This document shows positions 55,113 through 64,000 of a stretch of 64,000 bases of DNA, one piece after another. The notes beneath the pieces were generated by a model. The model worked only from the letters and a program-made list of their open reading frames with translations, searched no databases and was not told where the DNA came from. The position numbers were made by a program, and so were the translations under genes. The stretch comes from Eledone cirrhosa (Eukaryota), in contig OZ024761.1 of NCBI GenBank assembly GCA_964016885.1, forward strand, positions 29,264,001-29,328,000, written 5' to 3'. Each line of letters starts with the position of its first letter. Positions within the stretch are counted from its first letter, which is position 1.

Positions 55113-55488
55113 TTTTTAACATTTTTACATCCACTTTTCCATTTCCTGGCTGGGGACTTTTTGAAGCAGTATTCTAAATCTGGCTGCACCCCCTAACAGC
55201 AACCATTTCAGCTGTCTTTTACAACATACAAGGGGTACAGTAGTGTACCCCATTCTAACTGGGACTAAACAACAACAACATTAAATCTGGTTATATTCAT
55301 CACCATCATCAACAACATCATTTTTGCATCCACTTTCCCAAGCTGGCATGGGTTGGATGGGGATGTTTTGAGGCAGTATTTCAAATCTGGGTGCACCTCC
55401 TAACACCAACCATTTTAGCTGTCTGTTACAACATGCAAGGGGTACAGTAGTGTACCCCATTCTAACTGGGACTAAACAACAACAATTC
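55113..55488 (-). repeat. Tandem duplication of a diverged RTE/SINE-tail-like segment
   Basis: AAGGGGTACAGTAGTGTACCCATTCTAACTGGGACTAAACAACAACA occurs twice (one extra C in the first copy); CCTAACACCAACCA motif. Confidence 0.7.
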
Positions 55489-56084
55489 AAGAAGACAATT
55501 TGGCCAGACCTAAATAACTAAATCTAAAAACAAAATAGAAACTAAATTGCATTAGCCTAAATTAAATTAAAAGTGACTCTGAATTTAATTACATTAAATG
55601 AGACTAGGTTTTAACACAATTAAAGGCCAATTAACACTGAAAGATTAAGTAAAAAGTAAATTAAAGATTAAAGTAGATTAGACTAATTTTGACTAAATTA
55701 AAACAGGCTAAATTGCACACAGTTGATCATTAAATTTCACTCAAATCATTTAGGATACAATGATTAACACATTCAAATTACATACAATCAATTGAATTAG
55801 ATTAGTGTTTTAGACCATGTTAAATCTGGCTAATTACATGCTAAAAAAAACAGACTTAATTAGATCCATACTAATTTAGATATTCATTAATTAAGGATAA
55901 ATTACATGCTGTTAACAACTAAATTAGACCTAAACTGATTTAGATTACATTAAAATAGGGCAAATTACAAACAAGAGAGTTAATTGGAACAGACTAACTA
56001 AGATTTTCATTGGGTAAGATTAAATTATGTACAACTAAATTAGACATAGACTAGGACAGAAATGTGCCAATCATCAGATCAGAC

Positions 56085-56500
56085 AAAAGAAACAATGATT
56101 CTATTGGTTTCTCCATTGACGATACAATCTGTCAGTCACAACACCTGGCAGATGAAAATAAACCAATCATCAGATCAGACCAAAGAAACAATGTTTCCAT
56201 TGGTCTTTCCATTGCTGATACTATCTGTCTGTCACAACTCCTGACAGAAGAAAGAAGCTGATCATCAGATCAAACAAAAGAAACAGTTTCCGTTAGTTTT
56301 TCCATTGCAGATACTATCTGTCAGTCACAACACCTGGCAGAAGAAAGGAGCTGATCATCAGATCAGACCAGAGAAACAATGTTTCCATTGGTCTTTCCAT
56401 TGCTGACATTATATCTATCAGTTACAACTCCTGGCAGAAGAAAGGAGCTGATCATCAGTGCTGACACTATCTGTCAATCACAACTCCTGGCAGAAGAAAG
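56085..56500. repeat. ~76-97-bp tandem repeat, ~5 copies
   Basis: ATCATCAGATCAGACCAAAGAAACAATGTTTCCATTGG...GCAGAAGAAAG units. Confidence 0.88.
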
Positions 56501-56512
56501 TGAAAGATGAAG

Positions 56513-56810
56513 ATAAGTACCCTCTAATAATGACTGCTAATTGAGGCAATTACCTTCAATAATAATTAAGGGTACTACCTTAATTAGCAGTCATTATAAT
56601 GACTGCTAATTAAGGTAGTACCCTGAAATAATGACTGCTAATTAAGGCAAGTACTCTCTAATAACAAAACCTAATTAAGTCAAGTACCCTTCATTAATGA
56701 CTTCTAATTAAGGCAAGTACCCTTAAATAATGACTGCTAATTAAGGTATTACCCTCTAATAATGACTGATAATTAAAGTAAGCACCCTGCAATCATTACT
56801 GCTAATTAAG
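56513..56810. repeat. ~33-bp tandem repeat containing a perfect 56-bp palindrome (56569-56624)
   Basis: AAGTACCCTCTAATAATGACTGCTAATTAAGGC units, one of them inverted. Confidence 0.88.
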
Positions 56811-57249
56811 ACACAAGACCAGTAAATTTTAAAGGAAGAGTATAGTTATATTACTAAATCACACCAAATAATTAATTCTTTTCCAAATTTCAGGCAGTGG
56901 TCTTTCATCATAAATATGGTGATGAAAAAAGGGTTAACTAGCAACAACTATCCACAACAGCAGCAACCGCAGCAGCCTGTGTTGTTTATTCATCAATATC
57001 ACAACTGTATTATTGCTGTTGATTCTGCTGTTGCTGCAGCAAATGAAGAGAGTGAAAATCTCAGAGAAATTCTATCACATGTCTACATGTATGCATATAT
57101 ATATGTTTGTGTGTGTATATATATATGTATATATATATATAGTATATACATCAATAAGTGAATTCAGCTTATATGAAGTCTATACAATCACATACAATTA
57201 TATATAAACACACACATCCATATATAGTGAAGAAAATCACAAATGTATA

Positions 57250-57360
57250 GAAGAAGAAGAAGAAGAAGAAGAAGAAGAAGAAGAAGAAGAAGAAGAAGAA
57301 GAAGAAGAAGAAGAAGAAGAAGAAGAAGAAGAAGAAGAAGAAGAAGAAGAAGAAGAAGAA
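57250..57360. repeat. Pure (GAA)n microsatellite
   Basis: Direct reading. Confidence 0.97.
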
Positions 57361-57490
57361 ATTTTAGAAAAAAAAGGAAAGAAAACATCAAGGGAAATAT
57401 ATTGAAATAGGAATAAATTAGAATAAAAAATAAAATAAAATAAAGTTAGAATAGAATAGGATAAAATAAAAATATATATATATATATATA

Positions 57491-57564
57491 CAGGGTGTCC
57501 CAAAAAATGTAATCACATATTAGAATGCTGTTGAAGTGTATATACAATTTTGGGGAACACCCTA
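57491..57564. mobile_element. 74-bp Tc1/mariner-type MITE in (TA)n
   Basis: TA-CAGGGTGTCCCAAAA...TTTTGGGGAACACCCTA-TA imperfect terminal inverted repeats. Confidence 0.7.
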
Positions 57565-57811
57565 TATATATATATAATAAAGTAAAAAATAAATATAATA
57601 AAATAAAGTAATATATATATATATATATATGCATATATTATATACATATACATAAGTATATATATATAATTTACTTTATTATATATATATATAATAAAAT
57701 AAAGTAAAATATATATACATATAATAAAATAAAGATATATACATATATATATAGTAAAGTAAATATATATGTATATATATATATATATATATAACAAAAT
57801 AAAGTAATATA

Positions 57812-57939
<128 letters not shown>

Positions 57940-58004
57940 ATGAAGTAGATAAAAAGGTGTCGACTTGGTAAATGATGGGAAACAGATTTGTAGGTAAACA
58001 AATT

Positions 58005-59395
58005 AGAGGAGGAAATTAATTAAGGTGAAGGAAGGTGGAACAGCGAGGGGATGGGGGAGGTAGAAGGGAGGGTGGGGAAGGAGGAGAGGATGGGAGACAG
58101 AGTGAGAAAGATGAGAGAGAGGATGGGGAGAGAAAGAGAGAAAGAGTGAGAAAGATGAGAGAGAGATGGGGAGAGAGATTGAAATAGAAAGAGTGAGAAA
58201 GATGAAAGAGAAACAGGAGAGAGAGAGTGAGGTGCAGAGAGAGAGAGTGAAAGATAAAAAAATTGAGTAAGATGACAGAGGTGGGAGAGAGAGGGAGAAA
58301 GATGAGAGACGGGATGAGGAGAGAAAGTGTGAGAGAGAGAGTGAGAAAGATGAGAGAGAGAAGATGGGCAGAAAGAGTGAGAGAGAAAGAGTGAGAAAGA
58401 CAAGGGAAAGAAGAGGAAGTGGGTAGGAGAGAGAGAGACAGTTGGGAGATTGATAGAAGAGGAAGAGGAAAGAAGATGAAAGGGAGAGAGAGAGAGAGAG
58501 AGAGAGGGAAAGAGAGTGAGACTGAGGGAAAGAGAGAAAGACTGAGGGTGAGAGAGGGAAAGAGAGAGAGCCTGGGGGAGGAAGAGGGAAAGAGAGAATG
58601 AGGGGGAGACATTTAAAACAAGATAAGCACTTTAACATATTAATTGAAAAACCTAAGACCTCCACCACTACCACTACTACCACAACCACCACCATTATCA
58701 TTCCCACTATCACTACCACCATACCACCACTACCACAACCACCAGCATTGTCACTACCACTACCATCACCACCACTATTACCACCACTACCACAGACATT
58801 GTAACTACCACCACTACTACGACCACAACAATAACCATTACCCTCACCACCATACTACCATTACCACCACCACCACTACCACCAACATCAAAACTACCAC
58901 CACCATCACCGCCACCACGATCATTACCACCACCACCACCACCACCACTATCACCATCATCACAACTACCACCACCTCACTATCACACCCACCATCACCA
59001 CTATCACCATTATCACAACTACCGCCCCACTATCGCAACTACTACCCCCACCATACTACTACCTTAACCAACACTATTGTCACTACCATCACCAGCACAA
59101 CAACCATTACCTCAAACACCATACTACTGTTACCACCACCACCACTAAAATCACCACATCACAACCACCACTATCACTACTACCACCAGCACCAGCACCG
59201 ACACCACTATCACAACCACAACTATCACCACTACCACCAGCACCAGCACCGACACCACTATCACAACCACAACTATCACCACTACCACCAACACCACCAT
59301 CACAACCACCATCCCACTATCACAGCCACTTACCACCACCAACACCATTGCCACTACCACCACCCTCATCACCCCTTCCTCCACACAAACAACTA
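58005..59395. repeat. GA-rich, then CAC-rich low-complexity regions
   Basis: Direct reading. Confidence 0.9.
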
Positions 59396-59571
59396 AACAA
59401 TATGTCACCATTCCAGTAATTTGAAAGATAGTTAAATGGCAAAAAATTGGTACAAAATGGTGAAATGTGAAAGAAGTAACAAATAAATATATTTAGGATT
59501 AAATAAATAGCTTTGCTAAGTGGAGTGTTAATGTTGTTGATGGGGTGATTGGGGTGATGGTGATCTATTTA

Positions 59572-59948
59572 CAGGGTGAGGACGATATTTGTTCGCAAGA
59601 TTACTGTCTAGGAAACAATAAAACAGTAGTTTTATTTTTTAAGATATATTTATCAAACTTGGGTCAGTTTGTCTTCATGACTTGTTCTTTCGACCTCACT
59701 CGATAAACCCGCCATTGGCTTTGATGACGGCCTCGGAACCGGCTATAAGGCTTTCGTCAGTGTCCCCTGACTTAGGCCCCTAAAAGCACTTGTGATCCTG
59801 GCCTTCAGATCGTCTTTCGTATTGCAGCTAGATCTGTTGGTGTCTCGTTCCACTGCGCCCCACACAAAGAAGTCGAGGGGATCGCAGTCAGGTGAGCTGG
59901 GAGGCCAGATGTCAGGTGAAGTGTGGTCGACGAAGTTCTCAGAGAGTG
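59572..59948 (-). mobile_element. Tc1/mariner (maT/DD37D-like) transposon 3' end with transposase C-terminus
   Basis: Minus strand: PDIWPPSSPDCDPLDFFVWGAVERDTN...DDLKARI...EAVIKANGGFIE* (stop at 59696-59698); terminus TA-CAGGGTG at 59570-59578. Confidence 0.85.
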
Positions 59949-60066
59949 GGATTGTTCGAGTGCAAGGCTTTTCCCCACTTAAAAAAAAACCTTCAAAGCA
60001 CAGGCATTGCTTGTTCAGGATATGTTACAAGTGATTGCAATACTCTTAGCAGACTTTGCAGCCATC

Positions 60067-60110
<44 letters not shown>

Positions 60111-60184
60111 CAGGTTCAATCGGGGGTAACCACAGTAAGTAAGGTACTCAATACATAGCAGAGTATAATGTTTAATATAGAATT

Positions 60185-60236
60185 GGCTTCTACAGGACTA
60201 GAATTGTTTCATTCGAAGGAAATCATCAGAAAAGCC
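60185..60236 (-). ncRNA. Hammerhead-like motif in a microsatellite-embedded island
   Basis: GGCTTTT-CTGATGA-T-TTC CTTC GAA-T-GAAA-CA..TG-TA-GAAGCC. Confidence 0.6.
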
Positions 60237-60269
60237 GACTGTTGGCTTTCCTGCACATTTCTGTATTAA

Positions 60270-60325
<56 letters not shown>

Positions 60326-60676
60326 GAAGATAGACATTAAACGATGATGATGATATATATACACACACAGCTGGAACACGGAATAGAGTAATACATATAC
60401 ACACACACAGACACACACACACACACACATATATGTATATACATATACATATATAAATATACATATATAAATACACATATATATTTATATATATACATAT
60501 ATAAATATACATATGTATGTATACATACATATCACCTTGACCGACCAGTCAGTCAGGGGCCGATCGGCGCCGCTGGTCACTGCACGTCGTGCTGTTTTAG
60601 CCATAAGATAACGCCATCCCACTGGCTGGGCGGGCAGGCTGATACATACATATATGTATACATAAATATACATATA

Positions 60677-61060
60677 TATCATCATCATCATCCTCATCAT
60701 CATCATCGTTTAACGTCCATGTTCCACGCTTGCATGTGTTTGGACGGGAGTTTTCCCACTTGAGGCAAGAGTGGTTGACTTGCTCGCATAGGACTGTCTG
60801 GCGGGTTTTCTACAGCTGGATGCCCTTCCTAACACCAACCACATTTACAGTGTGGGGCTGGGAGGTTTTTACCGTGTTGCCTACACGGCCACATTACAGC
60901 GTGGACTGTGTGTTTTTTTGTCGTGACACCTACACGATCTCATTTGTTTCGGCCTGGATGTTGTGGCACCAACATAACTTTACATTGAAAGGGGCGGTGT
61001 GGATGGAGTGGGGGTGGTGGGACGGGGTTGTATTTTGTTAGAGATGCCTACTGACTGTAG
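60677..61060 (-). mobile_element. RTE LINE long-3'UTR fragment
   Basis: Reverse complement of 52003-52360. Confidence 0.85.
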
Positions 61061-61269
61061 TACATACATATATATATATATAGTTGAACAATGAATACAA
61101 ATAAGACAGGTTTATTACTTAATTAATCCATTGTTCTATGATCACTTCAAATAGATGGATAAACTAGATTGTATTAAGACATTGACGAATAGATATCAGT
61201 TATGTAACTCCATAGCCCCAATAAAATATAGCAATTCTGTTTATCTTCAGAAACAATGGCTAAAGAAAT

Positions 61270-61500
61270 GAACATGTGGTTATAATGTCTCAGGAAAGAA
61301 TTGCTCAACAGATTTTACAGGCAAGACCAACCGGCAGGAGACGCAGGGGTAGACCCTAAGCATCATGGTTGGATAACATCCATGAGTTTGGCTGGTCATG
61401 TTTGGGGATCCAGCCGGATCAGTTGGAGATGGTTGCTTCTGACAGGACTTGTTGGAAGGTGTGTTTGAGGACTCTGGCCCCCACAACCCCTTCAGGAATA
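61270..61500 (+). mobile_element. RTE LINE C-terminal fragment of a different, Expander/Rex3-like lineage
   Basis: HVVIMSQERIAQQILQARPTGRRRRGRP*ASWLDNIHEFGWSCLGI...ASDRTCWKVCL. Confidence 0.75.
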
Positions 61501-61734
61501 AGTGGGCAAAGAAGAAGAGACGAAGGCACAAACAGTCCAGGTTAAAAAACACACAGGCATATGAGTTACAACAACACCATTGGTCAGCATTGGTGATGCA
61601 GTGAGGGGACACTAGTTTTAGGGCGTATACTTCTCATAGAATCTCCTACAACCAGCTAAAACATAGTCAATTGTTAGAGGGCGAAATAAGCAGTTTAAGG
61701 GTGTAAACAATGATGTGAAGATGTATCGGCCTTT

Positions 61735-62900
61735 GTGTGTGTCTCAGTCTCTAGCGTCGGTGCAAATGCACCGACGCTAGAGACCGAGACACACACACCA
61801 CACATTTCCTGGAAGTACTCAAACTGAACGGATACACGACATCCACCACAAACCGTGCCAGAAAGAACAGAGGACACCACACCCGAGGCATTAACACTTG
61901 CTTCCTGAAGCTCCCACACTTCAGTGACGAAACAACAACAGCCATTCGCAGAGCTATCAGACGAGAGGGACTAGATATCCAACTGGCCCACTCAGGTCCT
62001 TCTCTACGCGGACAGCTAACCAAAAGACACTCCACCAGACATGACAACTGCTGCAGGCTAGCCAGCTGCCCCATCAATGACACAGACCTATGCCACCAGG
62101 CATACGTCGTATACAGACTAGAGTGTGACAAATGCAACAACTTCTACGTAGGTAGCACCACCAGACCACTCCACATAAGAATAAAAGAACACCTCAATAC
62201 TAACGATTCCTCATTTAAGAAACACCTAGTTAAATGCAAAAACACCGACAAAACCATAACAGTTAGGATAGAAACTAAGGAAAGAAACCTCAGCAATCTT
62301 AGAATTAAGGAAGCACTAATTATAGACAAAACACAACCACCAATCAATAATAGACTAGAACTCAACACCCAATTTATAACTTGATAGAGCTTCTAGCCCC
62401 ATATTTACACACACACCCCACACACACACGCGCACACACACGCTTACACCTCCACTTATTCTCTCTCACACACACACATACACACACACACACAAAGACC
62501 AGTTCTAACACAAGATAACATCTATCCCCCACATTTACGTATAGACCTATCTCCTCACACTCACACACACACATACTTACACCTTCATGCATTCTCCCAC
62601 ACACTTAAACAGGCATGTACAAAAAAAAAACCTTTTTAAAGGAAGACTACTCTTTATCCACCTAACCTTAACTCTTTGACATTAGAGATAGAACAGATAC
62701 TCTATACCATTTCCTGTCAGCATGACTTGGCAAGCTATTTAGAACACTGGTTTAACCGCTTTACTTCCCTCCGAAGAAGAGATATTATCTCGAAAATTAA
62801 GGACATTTAAATAAATCTAAGGTAAAAGACTAATTGTCAACAATATCTTTTGCATTTGCATTCTTTATTCTATGTTCATACCTGCATTGTTTTGGCTTTA
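61735..62900 (+). mobile_element. Penelope-like element (Poseidon/Penelope-type), 5'-truncated; open GIY-YIG frame 61755-62384
   Basis: LKLNGY..FLKLPHFSD..CPI..LC..YVVYRLECDKCNNFYVGSTTRPLHIRIKEH..LRIKEALII..PPINN; 5' fold-back; hammerhead-like motif at 62768-62802. Confidence 0.9.
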
Positions 62901-62916
62901 TTATACATATACAAAC

Positions 62917-62973
<57 letters not shown>

Positions 62974-63204
62974 AATATAAAAGGGCAACTTTTGGTCATC
63001 CACAACAGCAACTTGTGCCCTGGAAAAGAACTTTCCAGATGCAACATCTTGGTCAGATATTACCAAAGGAGGACTCCAACCCCTCCCCTACCCTATACCT
63101 TTATGAACAGAAACAAACAGCCTCTTGAGCCTCTCACCCTTCATCCAGCAGAACATCCAAGATGTGACAAATGGAAGGAGAACGAGAGAGAGAAAGGGTT
63201 GCAT

Positions 63205-63312
63205 CAGTACTGGGCTTGTACTTTATTTATCAACCATCGAAAGCATGAAAGGCAAAGGGGACCTCGATGGGATTTGAACCAAGAAAGCATAACCAATTCT
63301 CTGATGACGCTA
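63205..63312 (-). mobile_element. Degenerate SINE family B fragment
   Basis: GTACTTTATTTATC..ATGAAAGGCAAAG..GGGATTTGAAC. Confidence 0.65.
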
Positions 63313-63442
63313 CCATATATATAACACCATATATATATATATATATAACACCATATATATATATATATATAAGTGCATGTAAAAATATACACATATATAT
63401 ATATAAATATATATATATATAAGTGCATGTAAAAATATACAC

Positions 63443-63477
<35 letters not shown>

Positions 63478-64000
63478 ATACCATATATATATATGTATAT
63501 ATATACATATTTATACATATTAAATTAAATATATATATAATACATGTCTGTGCATCTCTCTCTCCCTTTCTCTCTCTCTTTCTATATATATATATACATA
63601 CAAACACACATATATATACAAGCACAGACACATGTGCATATGCACAAATACAAACACATGTACACATGCACAAATACAAATACACACACATACACACACA
63701 TATATACACATATACACCTATACATATTTTTTTCTCCCTTCTCCTTGCTTAAGAGAGAAACAATGAAGACAAAGAGATGATTGCAGAGAAAGCAATGAAC
63801 AAGTAGGAAATAGGATATCTGAAAAATCTTAACATATGCATTCCCCTGAGGTTAATAAATCTCTGCAGTGAATTCCTTCCTAAGTCCCGACATCTTCTAA
63901 TCTCTTTGCTATCTTCTTCATCAATGTTATTTTTTCTTTCTATTAAAGACATTCATCAGTCATGCATTGCATTCAGTAGGTTTTTTTGTTGTTGTTATTT

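Noticed and set aside
63298-63312. CTGATGA string
   Set aside because: Inside a decayed SINE with no downstream GAAA or stems.

Overview
Eukaryotic non-coding, repeat-dominated DNA. It is AT-rich with long (TA)n/(CA)n/(GGT)n tracts; an octopus/coleoid cephalopod origin is my inference from the repeat landscape and is unverified. No intact host protein-coding gene is supportable, and almost all ORFs in the track are translations of simple repeats. Recognisable content: two Tx1/L1-like LINE remnants; many RTE-clade LINE 3' ends; two tRNA-derived SINE families, one sharing its tail with the RTE; two Penelope-like element (PLE) remnants with GIY-YIG endonuclease; a Tc1/mariner (maT-like) transposase end and a tiny Tc1 MITE; piggyBac-type TTAA MITEs; and about ten minisatellite/satellite arrays. 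The most striking unexplained structure is a set of short unique islands embedded in (TA)n tracts. Many are fold-back palindromes, several carry type I hammerhead-ribozyme motifs (CUGANGA...GAAA-short stem III-NUH), and their tails share a GAGTACTC/GAGTGCTC-like motif. They look like termini of many distinct (TA)n-associated PLE or retrozyme-like families. All structures were read by eye; none was computed.
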